Assembly (NCBI GenBank): GCA_963825135.1
Contig: CAWGRW010000009.1
Span: forward strand, 640,001-704,000
Source of the DNA: an uncultured bacterium
Lineage (GTDB): Bacteria > Desulfobacterota_D > UBA1144 > Nemesobacterales > UBA2774
Length of the DNA stretch: 64,000 bases
Reading direction: 5' to 3'
The translations under genes were made by a program, and so were the position numbers. Shown piece after piece: positions 10,049 to 22,164 of this stretch. The number at the start of each line of letters is the position of its first letter. The stretch's first letter is position 1. The notes beneath the pieces were generated by a model that saw only the letters and a program-made list of their open reading frames with translations, was not told where the DNA came from and ran no database searches.

Positions 10049-10719
10049 CTCTCATACACCGTAGGGTCGGGAACTCCGGCGTCGATAAAGGCCCTCTTTC
10101 TCTCCCTGCAGGAGCTGCACGCCCCGCAGTGCGCGTCCCCTCCCTTGTAACAGCTCCAGGTCTCGCCGAACGGCACTCCCAGCTCCGCGCCCAGCATGAC
10201 GATGTCCGCCTTATCCATGAAGACGAACGGAGCAAGGATGTTGAGATCGGGGTTGGCCGTGGCGAGCCTCTCGGATGTCTGAAATGATTCCACGAACTCC
10301 TCCCTGCAGTCGGGATAGACGCCCCTGTCGGAACTGTGAGCGCCGAAAAACACGTAGTCCGAGCCCGTGCTCACGGCGCGTCCGACGGCGATAGAGAGGA
10401 AAATCGCGTTCCTGTTGGGGACTATGGTGGTCTTGAGCGTATCGTAGTGCTCGGCTGTCTCGGGCACTTCCGGTATGTCGATATTCGCGTCGGTCAGGGC
10501 CGAGCCCGTGAGTATCCCGCCTAACGGGGAGAGGTCGATAACCCTGTGCGGGGCGCCCGCCCCGGCCGCTACCCTGCGCGCGGAATCCACTTCCCTTCCG
10601 TGCTTCTGCCCGTACATAAAGGTAAGGCACTCCGCTTCATATCCTTTTCTCAGGCAATCATAGAGGAGTGTCGAGCTGTCTATACCCCCCGATAATATGA
10701 TAACGGCGTTCTTATTCAT
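10045..10719 (-). CDS. queC: 7-cyano-7-deazaguanine synthase
   Basis: SGGIDS, VPNRNAIF, YPDCR, TWSCY...CGACSSC. Confidence 0.95.
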   Translation of the reverse strand: MNKNAVIILSGGIDSSTLLYDCLRKGYEAECLTFMYGQKHGREVDSARRVAAGAGAPHRVIDLSPLGGILTGSALTDANIDIPEVPETAEHYDTLKTTIVPNRNAIFLSIAVGRAVSTGSDYVFFGAHSSDRGVYPDCREEFVESFQTSERLATANPDLNILAPFVFMDKADIVMLGAELGVPFGETWSCYKGGDAHCGACSSCRERKRAFIDAGVPDPTVYER

Positions 10720-10890
10720 TCTATCAATACTATATATAAATATAACGGGAACAAGAAAGTCCCCGAAATCGGGCTGCGGAGCGCCGCCTGTGCGTCCAGT
10801 TGCATGGAACCGAGTTTAATTTATTATTATTGGGTTAATTCGAGAGCTGCCGAAAAACAAGGTCCCGGATAAAGGCCCCGAATCCGCCAT

Positions 10891-12942
10891 ATGAAAGATA
10901 GAATAAAGCTCACTGAAAATTTATTTGAAGAGTTCCCTGAGATCACGCCGGCCGAGTGGACGGCCGAGATCGTAAAGGACCTGAACGGCGGGGACATAGG
11001 CAAGCTCGGCTGGAGAACTTACGAGGGGTTCACGGTCAGCCCCTTCTATACGGAAGGCGACCTGGATGCGGCCCGGTACATAACGGAGCAAATTCCGGGC
11101 GAATTCCCGTATGCCCGCGGCAACGAGAAAAATAGCAACGACTGGAAGATAAACGAATACATAGCGTCGGGCAGCGTAAAAGAGGCGAACGGCATGGCGC
11201 TCAGGAGCCTGCGGTCAGGGGCGGAGGCCCTCACGTTCGTTTGCGAGGCCGGGCACGGGCGCATATCGGGCATTCCGGTCGAGAGCGTCCGCGATATGTC
11301 CGCCCTCTTAAAAGACATCCCGCTCGACGAGGTCCCCGTGCATTTCAAATGCGGGCTCGCGGCCGGGGCGATACTGTCGATGTTCGTAATCGCAGCCGGA
11401 AAGCGAGGGTTTGAAAAAAACAAACTCGGGGGCTCGGTCGACGCCGACCCTCTGAAAGCGCTCGCGCTTACGGGCTCGCTGCCCGCGGCAGGCGGCGAGC
11501 CTTTTCGGGAAATCGCGGCGATGATTTCATATTTAAGCCGCAACATGCCCTCGTTCGGGGCCCTCTCCGTCTCGGGACACCATTTCCACGATTCGGGCGC
11601 TTGTGCGACCGAGGAGCTCGCCTTCACGCTGGCAGCGGGCGTGGAATACCTGGACCGGCTGACCTCTGCGGGCCTGAGCATCGACCGGATATCGCCGCAC
11701 ATGAGGTTCTCGTTCTCGATTGGCTCCAATTATTTCATGGAGATCTCGAAGCTCCGCGCGGCGAGGCTCCTCTGGGCGCACATCGCCGGGCAGTACGGGG
11801 CACGCGGCGAATCATCGAAAAAAATGAAGATAGACGCGAGGACGTCCTCCTGGAACAAGACCGTCTTCGACCCGTACGTGAACATGCTGAGGGGCACGGC
11901 CGAGGCCATGGCGGCGGCGATAGGAGGGGCCGAGACCCTGTACGTGCAGCCGCTCGACTCGACCTTTAAAAAGCCCGACGAGTTCTCGCGCAGGATGGCG
12001 AGGAATACTCAGCTGATTATAAAGAACGAATCCTACCTCGACCGCGTCATAGACCCGTCGGGGGGCTCCTATTACATAGAGCGGCTCACGGATTCGCTCG
12101 CTGGAGCGGCATGGGAGATGTTTAAGAACGTGGAGGGCATGGGCGGTCTCGTTGAGGCCCTGAAAGCGGGATTCGTCCAGGGCGAGATAGAAAAGACCGG
12201 GAACGAAAAGGATATGGATATCGCGTGCGGGAGCGCGGCGCTCCTGGGCATAAACCGGTACCCGAACCCGGACGAAAAGGGTCCGAAGAAGATAGACAGC
12301 GGGCTCCCCGAAAAGGCGCTCCGCAGATCGGGGAAGAATATAAAAGCCGGGAGCGAGGATTCCCTCGAAGAAATGATCGCCTTCTTTTCGGAGAAAAATT
12401 CCCTCCTGGGAGACGTCCTTCCGGACGAGCCTGAAAAGCCCGAATCCGGGATAAGACGGTTGAGGCCCTACAGGGGGGCGGAACCGTTCGAGGAACTGAG
12501 GCTCGCGGCCTTGAGACACAAAAAGGAGACGGGCTCGGCGCCCGCGGTCTTTTTGCTGCCGGTCGGAAACCCGTCCGCGCGCAACGCGAGGGCCGCGTTC
12601 TCTACCAACTTTTTCGGGTGCGCGGGCTTTAAGATAATAGACGGCCCCGGCTTCGATACGGCTGAGGACGGGGTAAGGGCGGCCCTCAAAAGCGGGGCGG
12701 ACATAGCGGTCATTTGCGCCTCCGACGGCGAATACCCGGAACTGGCTCCCGGAATATGCAAAGCGCTCAGGGAGAAGAACCCGGACGTCCGTATCCTGAT
12801 CGCCGGCAATCCCAAGGGGCACATCGACGCCCTTAAGGCCGCGGGCGTAGACGACTTCATACACTCAGGCTCAAACGCAATACAAATCCTGAGCAAGTAT
12901 CAGGAGATATCCGGCATAAAGAAATACGGAGAGGAAAACTGA
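10891..12942 (+). CDS. mutA: methylmalonyl-CoA mutase small (beta) subunit
   Basis: PGEFPYARG, SIGSNYFMEISKLRAAR, DPYVNMLR, IDPSGGSYYIE; no DxHxxG motif. Confidence 0.9.
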   Translation: MKDRIKLTENLFEEFPEITPAEWTAEIVKDLNGGDIGKLGWRTYEGFTVSPFYTEGDLDAARYITEQIPGEFPYARGNEKNSNDWKINEYIASGSVKEANGMALRSLRSGAEALTFVCEAGHGRISGIPVESVRDMSALLKDIPLDEVPVHFKCGLAAGAILSMFVIAAGKRGFEKNKLGGSVDADPLKALALTGSLPAAGGEPFREIAAMISYLSRNMPSFGALSVSGHHFHDSGACATEELAFTLAAGVEYLDRLTSAGLSIDRISPHMRFSFSIGSNYFMEISKLRAARLLWAHIAGQYGARGESSKKMKIDARTSSWNKTVFDPYVNMLRGTAEAMAAAIGGAETLYVQPLDSTFKKPDEFSRRMARNTQLIIKNESYLDRVIDPSGGSYYIERLTDSLAGAAWEMFKNVEGMGGLVEALKAGFVQGEIEKTGNEKDMDIACGSAALLGINRYPNPDEKGPKKIDSGLPEKALRRSGKNIKAGSEDSLEEMIAFFSEKNSLLGDVLPDEPEKPESGIRRLRPYRGAEPFEELRLAALRHKKETGSAPAVFLLPVGNPSARNARAAFSTNFFGCAGFKIIDGPGFDTAEDGVRAALKSGADIAVICASDGEYPELAPGICKALREKNPDVRILIAGNPKGHIDALKAAGVDDFIHSGSNAIQILSKYQEISGIKKYGEEN

Positions 12943-12943
12943 C

Positions 12944-15101
12944 TTGAGACCCGATTTTTCGAAGACCGATTACAGGGGCGGGAGGCGCGGGAGATCAGGA
13001 GACGGGCTCAGTACCCGGGAGCTCGGAATGGATGACCCCCGAGGATATCCCTGTCATGCCCGTCTACACGAAAGAGGACCTGGGCGGCATCGGGCACCTC
13101 CGTTACGCTGCGGGCCTGCCGCCATACCTCCGGGGCCCGTATCCGTCTATGTACCTGACCCGGCCCTGGACCATACGCCAGTACGCGGGGTTCTCGACCG
13201 CCGAGGAATCAAACGCGTTTTACAGGAGGAACCTGGCGGCCGGGCAGAAGGGGCTCTCGGTGGCTTTCGATCTCCCCACGCACAGGGGCTACGACTCCGA
13301 CCACGAAAGGGTGACGGGCGACGTGGGCAAGGCGGGCGTGGCGATAGATTCGGTGCTCGACATGAAGCTCCTCTTCAACGAAATACCGCTCGACGAGATT
13401 TCCGTTTCAATGACCATGAACGGCGCCGTGCTTCCCGTAATGGCGTTCTACATAGTAACGGCCGAGGAGCAGGGCGTGAGCCCGGACAAGCTCAACGGGA
13501 CGATACAGAACGATATCCTCAAGGAATTCATGGTCAGGAACACCTACATCTACCCGCCCGTGCCCTCGATGAGGATAATCGCGGACATATTTAAATACAC
13601 GGCGGAGCGGATGCCGAAATTCAATTCGATAAGCGTGAGCGGCTACCACATGGAAGAGGCGGGAGCGTCGTCCGATATAGAGCTCGCGTATACGCTCGCG
13701 GACGGCCTCGAATACGTCAGGGCGGGGCTCGGCGCGGGCATGAAGATAGACGACTTCGCCCCCAGGATATCGTTCTTCTGGGGCATAGGGATGAACCATT
13801 TCATGGAGATAGCCAAGATGAGGGCGGCGAGGATGATCTGGGCCAAATTAATAAAGGGGTTCGACCCGGGGAACCCGAAATCGATGGCCCTCAGGACCCA
13901 CTGCCAGACCTCCGGATGGAGTTTGACCGAGCAGGACCCGTTTAATAACGCCGTGAGGACGTGCGTCGAGGCCCTGGCCGCGGTGCTGGGCGGCACGCAG
14001 TCGCTCCATACGAACGCGCTCGACGAGGCCATAGCGCTCCCTACGGACTTCTCGGCGCGGATTGCGCGGAATACCCAGATATACCTCGAGCAGGAGACGA
14101 ATATATGCAGGTCTATTGACCCCTGGGCCGGTTCTTATTATGTTGAATACCTGACGGACAGGATAGCCCGCCGCTCGTGGGCGCTCATCGAGGAAGTGGA
14201 GAAGCTGGGAGGGATGGCGAAGGCCATAGAGACCGGCCTGCCGAAGATGAGGATCGAAGAGGCCGCGGCCAGAAAACAGGCGCGGATCGATTCGGGACAG
14301 GACACGATAGTCGGAGTCAATAAATACAGGGCGGACGAGGAGCAGGAATTCGAGATACTCGAAGTGGACAACACCGCAGTCAGGTCGGCTCAGCTGGAGC
14401 GCCTGAAAAAGCTGAAAAAAGCCCGGAACAACGACGCGGTCCGCGAGGCTCTGGACGCTATAACGAAATGCGCCGGGACGGGCGAGGGGAACCTGCTGGG
14501 GCTTGCAGTGGAGGCGGCGCGCAAGCGCGCGACGCTCGGTGAGATATCCATGGCGTGCGAGCGGGTATTCGGACGCTACAAGGCGGTGATACGCACTATT
14601 TCAGGAGTTTATTCGGGAGAGATGTCGGAGGACGGCGAGTTCAGAAAAGCGAGGGCGCTCGCGGACGAGTTCGCGGGGCTCGAAGGAAGGAGACCGAGGA
14701 TAATGGTCGCCAAGATGGGGCAGGACGGCCACGACAGGGGCGCGAAGGTCATAGCGACGAGCTTCGCTGACATGGGGTTCGACGTCGACATCGGCTCCCT
14801 GTTCCTGACCCCCAGGGAGGCCGCGCGCCAGGCCGTCGAGAACGACGTTCACGTGATAGGCATATCGAGCCTGGCGGCGGGACACAAGACCCTCGTCCCG
14901 GAGCTGATAAAAGAGTTAAGGGATATGGGACGGGGAGACGTGATGGTGGTCGTGGGCGGAGTCATCCCCAGACAGGACTACGGGTTCCTCTACGACGCGG
15001 GGGTCACGGCCGTATTCGGCCCGGGTACGGTGATTTCAAAAGCGGCTCAGGAAATACTGAATGTTCTTATCGGAAAAAGCAGGGATAACGCCCGACCCTG
15101 A
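12944..15101 (+). CDS. scpA: methylmalonyl-CoA mutase large subunit; +1 frameshift near 12975-13028 as given
   Basis: MRPDFSK start in one frame, [10 protein letters not shown]...[11 protein letters not shown]...[10 protein letters not shown] (B12-binding) in the next frame. Confidence 0.9.
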
Positions 15102-15234
15102 CGGAAGGACCTGAAAAAGGACGGACGAGCCCTCCCCTGCCGGCCGGGGGCCGCCCGGATCACATACCCCGGGAAACGGGCCTGAATTCAAGAACGGTGT
15201 GGACATATTATTACAAACCTGAAAAAATAATGAT

Positions 15235-15696
15235 ATGGAAAACGCGCCTAAATTCGAGATGGACAGGATAGCCCCTGAGGACCTCGACGGCATAGTATCC
15301 ATAGAGAACGTGAGCTTCCCGACCCCCTGGCCGAGGCGGGTATTCGAGCGGGAGCTAAAATCCCAGAAGTCGTACAACAGGGTAATCAGGTTCGGCGGCA
15401 TGGTGGTCGGCTACATCGTCACTTGGACGATATACGACGAGGTCCACATACTCAATATCGCGGTGCATCCCGAGTTCAGGAAGATGGGACTGGGGGAGAG
15501 ACTCCTCAGGGACTGCCTCGGGCGCTCGTCGGAGAGCGGCTTGAAATACGCTATCCTGGAAGTGAGGGTATCGAATACGAGGGCCAGGAGCCTCTACGAA
15601 AAGATGGGGTTTAAAACGATCCATACGAGAAGGAAGTACTACTCCGACACCGGGGAAGACGCATACGTCATGATGTTCGAGATCAAGCCCTCCTGA
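15235..15696 (+). CDS. rimI: ribosomal protein S18 alanine N-acetyltransferase
   Basis: SFPTPW, HILNIAVHPEFRKMGLG, LEVRVSN, RRKYY...EDA. Confidence 0.9.
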   Translation: MENAPKFEMDRIAPEDLDGIVSIENVSFPTPWPRRVFERELKSQKSYNRVIRFGGMVVGYIVTWTIYDEVHILNIAVHPEFRKMGLGERLLRDCLGRSSESGLKYAILEVRVSNTRARSLYEKMGFKTIHTRRKYYSDTGEDAYVMMFEIKPS

Positions 15697-15714
15697 CCGG
15701 CCCTTAAATACGTC

Positions 15715-16698
15715 TCAGTGTTTCCTCTCCGCCACGTAATCGGCGAGCAGGAGCAGGGATTCCTTGTAAGAGTTATCAGGAACGGACTCAATCGCGCTCC
15801 TCGCTTTGTAAATAAAATTCCTGGCCGCGTCTTTCGTCTTCTCCACCCCGGAGTGCTTTTCGACAAGCCCCCTTATAAACCCGAGCTCGTCGTCGTTAAA
15901 TCCGTCGCCCTTGAGGAGGATGTCCCTCACCCTGGATTTCTCCTGACCCGAGGCCCCGTCGAGCGAATACAGGAGGGGGAGAGTCATCTTGCCCTCAATC
16001 AGGTCTTGGCCCACGCCCTTGCCGAATTCCTTTTCGGAGGAGGAGTAATCGAGCGCGTCGTCCACGAGCTGAAACGCGATGCCGATATTGTAACCGTACT
16101 GGCCGAACGACCGCTTGACCGCTTCGTCAGCACCCGCGAGTATCGCTCCCACCCTGCCGCAGCTCTCGATGAGCGACGCCGTCTTGTTCTCGATTATGCC
16201 GAAACACACTTCCTCCGACACCTCGAGCATATTCTTCGCGCTCATCACCTCCAGCACCTGTCCCTCCGCGAGCTTCGCCGCCGCGTCCGTGACCGCCTTG
16301 ATAAGCTCCAGGCTCCCGCAGGACTGAATGAGCCCGAGCGCCTTCGCCAGCATAAAATCGCCCACCAGCACCGTCGCCTTATTGCCCCAGACCACGTTCG
16401 AGGCCGTTTTCCCGCGCCTGAGCTTCGCCTCGTCGACCACGTCGTCGTGGAGCAGCGTGGCGGTGTGTATCAGCTCGAGGGCCGCGGCGGAGTATATCCT
16501 TTCTTTCCCGTCCCTGAGCCCGCAAGCCCCGCTCGAAAGCAGGAGCACGGAAGGGCGGAGCCTCTTGCCGCCGCTTCCGAGCAGGTACCTGGAAATCTCG
16601 GAGACGAGCGGAACAGGGGATTTTATACAGTCCTCGAGCTCCCTCTCGACTTCTTCAAGGCCCGGATTTATCTCGGAAAGGATATCGGAAAATTCCAT
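15715..16698 (-). CDS. ispB: polyprenyl (octaprenyl-type) diphosphate synthase
   Basis: GGKRLRP, LLHDDVVD...RRG, FQLVDDALD, GKMTLP. Confidence 0.85.
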   Translation of the reverse strand: MEFSDILSEINPGLEEVERELEDCIKSPVPLVSEISRYLLGSGGKRLRPSVLLLSSGACGLRDGKERIYSAAALELIHTATLLHDDVVDEAKLRRGKTASNVVWGNKATVLVGDFMLAKALGLIQSCGSLELIKAVTDAAAKLAEGQVLEVMSAKNMLEVSEEVCFGIIENKTASLIESCGRVGAILAGADEAVKRSFGQYGYNIGIAFQLVDDALDYSSSEKEFGKGVGQDLIEGKMTLPLLYSLDGASGQEKSRVRDILLKGDGFNDDELGFIRGLVEKHSGVEKTKDAARNFIYKARSAIESVPDNSYKESLLLLADYVAERKH

Positions 16699-16809
16699 CG
16701 CAGTTTAAGTTATCTGAACACCATATAGAAGTCAAAGAGCCTAAAAGATGTGATATTTTGAGTAAATGTTATATTAACTAATATCTTATTCGAGGCACGG
16801 TATTAGCCG

Positions 16810-19800
16810 ATGGTCCCGCTTACGCTGACTGTAAAAAATTTCCTGAGCTACGGGGAGAACATTCCCACCCTTGATTTCAGGGGCTTTACCATCGCCTGTC
16901 TTTCAGGAAAAAACGGGCACGGCAAATCGGCCCTCATAGACGCCGTCACCTGGGCGTTATGGGGAAGGTGCAGGGTCAAGAACAAGGAAGAGGTAATCAA
17001 ACGGGGGGCTTCGGACGCCCGCGTCGAATTCGAATTCGAATCGGATGGAAACGCGTACAGGGTGCTGAGGTCAATTTCCAGAAAAAAAGGGGGCTCCCAG
17101 GGCTCGATAGACCTCCAGGTATTCGACGGAGACTCGGACTCGTACAGGCCGCTCGACCAGGGCGCCAGGGCGCAGAGCACGATCGAGAAGATACTGAAGA
17201 TGGACTACAACTCCTTTATCTGTTCTTCGTTCATACTCCAGGGGATGGCCGACGAATTCACGAAGAGGACGCCCGCGGAGAGGAAGGAGGTATTGTCAAA
17301 GATACTGGAGCTCGACGAATACGAGACGCTGACCAAGAGAGCGCGCGAGCACGCCCAGGCCTCGGGGCTTTCGGCAGGCTCGCTCGAGAGCGAAGCGTCC
17401 CGGATGGAGAACGAGATCTCCGCTAAAGATACGTACGAGAGCAAACTCCTGGAGCTAAGGGGCGAGGAGGAAAAGGTCTCAGGGAGCATCGCCGAATTCG
17501 AATCCATCCGGAGCGCGCTGATCGGAGAATACGAGTCTGTAAAGTCGAGGCTAGAGACGGTGTCGAGACTGAGCGGTGAGAGAGAGAACGCCCTATCCCT
17601 ATACGCCAGGCTCGAGCGCGAGCTCTGCGGATGTCATGGAAAACATCGGGCGGGACCGGGAAATCGTTTCGAGGGAAGACGAGATACGGAAGGCGTTCGC
17701 GGAATACGAAACCGTCCGCGAGCGAGAAAGGGTAATGAGCGGGAAGGAGCTCGCGCAATCGAACCTGGGAAAGGAGATCGAGAGCGTAAGCGGGCTTATA
17801 CAGAACGAACGGGCAAAATTAGAGCAGAAGACGGGTGCGCTCAGAGCCGGCATAGAGGGGTATCGAAAGATTATCCTGGGAACGGAAGAGACCCTCGCGA
17901 GGCGGCGGGAGATAGAAGAAGGGAATACGAAGCTCGGGGACGCCCGCGCCTCGGACGCGGTCATGAACGGGAAGAGGGCCGAGGCGCTGGTGCTGGACGC
18001 CGGGAGCGCCGAGCTCGGCCGCAGGATCGAGCAAAAGAGAACGGAGCTCGAGACGAGGGCAAGGGAGCTCTGAGGCCAAAATAAGAGAGCTCACGGCGAG
18101 GGCCTCTTCGTCGCAGAGGCTCGCAGGTGAGATCGCCGGGCTCAAGACCCGGATCGAGGAATGCGCCGGGATATCGCAAAAGGCCGGGGAGCAGAGGGAT
18201 GAGCTCAGGAGGATCGGCGGGGAGAAAAAAGCCGCCGGAGCCAGGAAGTCCGAGCTCGAGAAAAGAAAAACCGAGGAGGAGCAAAAGCTCCGCGTGCTTA
18301 CCGGCGGGGACAAAGGCGCACACTGCCCGCTCTGCGAGTCGCCGCTCGAAGAGGAGGCGAAAGCCGCGCTCATGGAAAAACTCGGGACGGTTATATCGGA
18401 GTTGGGCGAAGCCGTGCGTGCAAGCGCGGAGGAAATCGCCGCGGTCGAGCGGAGAGAGAAGGCCATCAGGGACGAGCTCGTCCCGGCCGACGCTACGACC
18501 GCGCTCCTGCCCGGACTTTACGAGGGGCTCGGGACGAAGGAACAGAACCTCAGGGAATCGGAAGCGGCCTCGCTCGAGCTCGGGGAGGCTGAAAAAAGTT
18601 ATAATAGCGTCTCCGAAACGATAGCCGGCGGAGAATTCAGGAGAGAGTACGATAAAGAGTTAAATGAGATCGAGCAAAAAAGATCGGCGCTCGGCTACGA
18701 CGCGGCCCTCCATGCCGAGCTCGGAAAGAAGATAGAATCGCTCAGAAAATACGAAACGCAGTACGAGCTCCTTCAGAAGGAAATAACGCGGAAGCGGGAG
18801 GCGGAGCGCGAGATCGCGAAGGCGGAAGGGGAGCTCGAGCCGCTTTCGAGGGACCTCGAAGAAGGGCGTTACGCAGAAAAATTTAAGGAACGCATGACGG
18901 GGCTCCGGGAGGAGCTCGGCAAGCTCGGCTACGATGAAGCGGAGCACGGAGCTATGAGAGAAGCGCTCGAGGCCCTCGAGCGGAGGGCGGGCGAGAAAGA
19001 GACGCTCGAAAGGGCGATGCTCAGCCTCAATATGCGGGAGAACGAGGAGAAAAAATTGAGGGAGCGGATAGGCGAGGAAGAGGTCAGGCTCAAGCGGATC
19101 GAGGAGGAAATCTCCGCGCACAAGGACATCGAGCACCTCGCGAGGGACATAAAGGAAAGGATGTCGGCCGCCGAAAGCAGGGTATCGGCGCTTAACAAAC
19201 AAAAGGACGAGCTCGTCATGGATGTGAGCAGATGCGCGAGCGCTCTTGAGAGAATAGAACAGCTCACGGTCAGAAAAAACGAGATAAACGAAAAAATAGC
19301 GAAGACGAAACACGAGATCACGATATTCCAGGAGCTCGCGAAGGCGTTCGGCAAGAACGGACTCCAGGCGCTCATCATCGAGCACGCGGTCCCGGAGATA
19401 GAGACGGAGGCGAATAAGATACTCAACAAGCTCACGGAAGGCAGCATGGCCCTCAGTCTCGAGATGGTGAAGCCCACGCAGAAGGGAGGGGAGAAGGAAA
19501 CCCTCGAAATCTACATAGGCGACTCATCGGGCACGCGGAGCTACGAGACCTTCTCGGGCGGGGAGGCGTTCCGGATAGATTTCGCGCTCAGGGTCGGCAT
19601 ATCGAAATTCATAGCGAACCGCTCGGGCGCGCAGCTCCGGACCCTCGTAATCGACGAAGGGTTCGGCACGCAGGACAGGGACGGGCTCAACAACTTCGTG
19701 CAGGTAATAAATTCTATAAAGGACGACTTCGACAAGATACTGGCGATAACGCACGTCGATGAGCTCAAGGAGAGGTTCCCGGTCAGGATCGAGGTGACGA

Positions 19801-19844
19801 AGGAGCCGGGTTCGGGTTCGAGCTTCGAGGTGGTATATACCTGA
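16810..19844 (+). CDS. sbcC: SbcC/Rad50-type SMC ATPase; two +1 frameshifts (~17626, ~18071) as given
   Basis: Walker A GKNGHGKS, coiled coil, CPLC zinc hook, FSGGE signature and IDEGFG Walker B spread over three successive frames. Confidence 0.85.
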
Positions 19845-19906
19845 CGGGCGTCCCGCCCCGCGGCCGGAAGGGACGGCCCGCGCACGACAGGCGAACGGAT
19901 AAAATT

Positions 19907-20512
19907 ATGAACTGGCTCGATATTACAATAGTCGCGGTAATCGCGCTCTTTACGCTCGCAGGGTTCTCGAGTGGTCTCGTGAGCCAGATATTCTCTATCG
20001 CGGCCCTCGCGGGTGGGCTCGTAATCGGCTTCATATTCTACGACCTGCTGGGCGGGGTGTTTTTAAAGGAAAGGCTCGTGGAAAACAGGTCCATAGCGGA
20101 CGTCGGCGGCTTTATTGTCCTGACGTTCGCGTCCTACGTGATCATCCAGCTTGCCGGCTGGATGACGACGAAGCTGATCGGCACTCTGCACCTGAGCTGG
20201 CTCAACAGGATATGCGGGGCCGCCCTGGGGGCGGTGACCGGAGCCGTAACCGCGTTCCTGCTCTCGTCGTGCCTGAGCCTCTTTTACCACGGGAACGACC
20301 CCGTGTTCAGAAACTCCGCGCTCCTTCCGTATCTCGACCGGGCGGCGCTCGTCGTGAGGGGGGCCCTCCCCGGGGACTTCGAGAAGAGCTTCAACGACGC
20401 GAGGAATCTCGTGAGGGAAGAGGGCCTGAAAGCCGCGATGAAGATCAAGGACTCGGAAGCCGTGAAGGGAATCCTTAAAGAGAACGATGGCGCGCAGGGA
20501 AAAAAGGACTGA
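19907..20512 (+). CDS. cvpA: CvpA family membrane protein
   Basis: MNWLDITI start, four TM segments, LNRICGAALG. Confidence 0.85.
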   Translation: MNWLDITIVAVIALFTLAGFSSGLVSQIFSIAALAGGLVIGFIFYDLLGGVFLKERLVENRSIADVGGFIVLTFASYVIIQLAGWMTTKLIGTLHLSWLNRICGAALGAVTGAVTAFLLSSCLSLFYHGNDPVFRNSALLPYLDRAALVVRGALPGDFEKSFNDARNLVREEGLKAAMKIKDSEAVKGILKENDGAQGKKD

Positions 20513-20610
20513 CAGGCCGCACGCGCGCGGGCGTGTCCCGCAAGCCACTTATACTCCAAAACGAAACACCGACTTTCTTAATGCCGTTATTTTGGTAATA
20601 TTATCTGACA

Positions 20611-21624
20611 ATGATAGGCATAGAGACGCTCGACGAATTCATTATAAGAAAGCAATCCGAATTACCCTACGCTCACGGAGACCTGTCGAGGCTGCTGAGG
20701 GACATCGGCCTCGCGGCGAAGATCGTCAACAGAGAGGTGAACAAGGCGGGTCTCGTCGACATACTCGGGAGCACGGGAAAGAAGAACGTCCAGGGGGAGG
20801 AGGTAAAGAAGCTCGACGTGTTCGCGAACCGGAGGTTCATCGCGGCTCTCGAGCTGGGCGGACAGTGCTGCGGCATCGCGTCCGAAGAGAACAAGGACTT
20901 CATAACGTTTCACGACGAGATATCCAAGGACGCGAACTACGTCGTGGCGCTCGACCCGCTCGACGGCTCGTCCAACATCGACGTCAACGTATCGGTCGGG
21001 ACCATATTTTCGATATATAGACGGGTCTCCCCTCTGGACGGCGCTGTAACGAAGGAAGACTTTCTTCAGACAGGAAGGAAGCAGGCCGCGGCGGGCTATA
21101 TAATATACGGCTCGTCCACCATGCTCGTTTATACGACGGGATTCGGCGTAAACGGCTTCACGCTCGACCCCTCTATCGGCGAATTCTGCCTTTCCCATCC
21201 GAATATGATCATCCCGAAGACGGCCAAGACGTATTCGGTGAACCAGGGGAACTTCCTGAGCTTTCCCGAAGGCGTAAAACAGTACATCAGGTATTGCAAA
21301 GAACTGGACAAGGCGACGAACCGCCCGTATTCCCTCAGGTACATAGGCTCGATGGTGGCGGATATACACCGGAACCTCATCACCGGAGGGGTATTCCTCT
21401 ATCCCGCCACATCGGACGCGCCCAACGGCAAGCTGAGGCTCCTCTACGAATGCAACCCGATGTCGTTTATCGTCGAGCAGGCTGGAGGCAGGGCGACCGA
21501 CGGATCGAGACACATACTCGACATCAAGCCCGGGGAGCTCCACCAAAGAACGCCTGTATTCATAGGGTCGGAGCAGATGGTTTTAAAGCTGGAGGAATTC
21601 ATAAAAGAGCATCCTGCGGATTGA
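20611..21624 (+). CDS. fbp: class 1 fructose-1,6-bisphosphatase
   Basis: [42 protein letters not shown]. Confidence 0.96.
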   Translation: MIGIETLDEFIIRKQSELPYAHGDLSRLLRDIGLAAKIVNREVNKAGLVDILGSTGKKNVQGEEVKKLDVFANRRFIAALELGGQCCGIASEENKDFITFHDEISKDANYVVALDPLDGSSNIDVNVSVGTIFSIYRRVSPLDGAVTKEDFLQTGRKQAAAGYIIYGSSTMLVYTTGFGVNGFTLDPSIGEFCLSHPNMIIPKTAKTYSVNQGNFLSFPEGVKQYIRYCKELDKATNRPYSLRYIGSMVADIHRNLITGGVFLYPATSDAPNGKLRLLYECNPMSFIVEQAGGRATDGSRHILDIKPGELHQRTPVFIGSEQMVLKLEEFIKEHPAD

Positions 21625-21770
21625 GCGGAAGGGGAAGTCTCGCCGGGCTCAGCACGACGACGCGCGCTCCCGGAAATAAAAAAACACATATCCCGTAACC
21701 GTTCACAATCCCTTAACATTCTGGTGTTATTTCGCCGAGAATTTGCTTCGTTTTCGGGCGCCGGATTTAC

Positions 21771-21798
21771 TTGACTTTTCAAAGTCAGGGTGTATCGT
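21771..21798 (+). promoter_or_regulatory. putative promoter with overlapping palindrome
   Basis: TTGACT-16-TATCGT; perfect inverted repeat TGACTTT-TC-AAAGTCA over the -35. Confidence 0.45.
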
Positions 21799-21830
21799 TT
21801 CAGATAAATCACCGCTACGGGAGAATTAAC

Positions 21831-22013
21831 ATGGAAATCGAACTTGAACTGCATTTAAAGGACGATGACTGGGAAGATGATGAGGACGAATGGGACGAAG
21901 ACGAGGAAGAATTATGGGACGAGGACGAAGATGAGGAGCTTGACGAAGACGAGGATTGGGACGAAGAAGACGAAGAGGAATGGGAGCAGGAAGAAGAGCA
22001 GTCAATCAACTGA
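21831..22013 (+). CDS. small, extremely acidic protein (60 aa)
   Basis: GGGAG RBS, then MEIELELHLKDDDWEDDEDEW...; D/E-rich with periodic Trp. Confidence 0.65.
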   Translation: MEIELELHLKDDDWEDDEDEWDEDEEELWDEDEDEELDEDEDWDEEDEEEWEQEEEQSIN

Positions 22014-22164
22014 GGGTCAGCTTACACAATAACGAACATCCCAATAAGTTTCCGGGAAAATCAAACAAGCCTTGAACTGAAGAATCCGACACAAGCCGAG
22101 CCGTTTTAATCTCCGGATTGAGACAACGACGGCGCTGTGACAAAAAAAGAAAACCGAATACGGA

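Noticed and set aside
9407..10719. queCE as part of a dpd DNA-modification island
   Set aside because: No dpdA/tgt-like or dnd-like genes nearby; ordinary queuosine pathway is more likely
10720..10770. preQ1 riboswitch before queC
   Set aside because: Promoter-like elements run up to the ATG, leaving no room, and no motif is seen
10740..10890. Cobalamin riboswitch before the mutase genes
   Set aside because: GGGAA is present, but the B12 box and core helices are not recognisable
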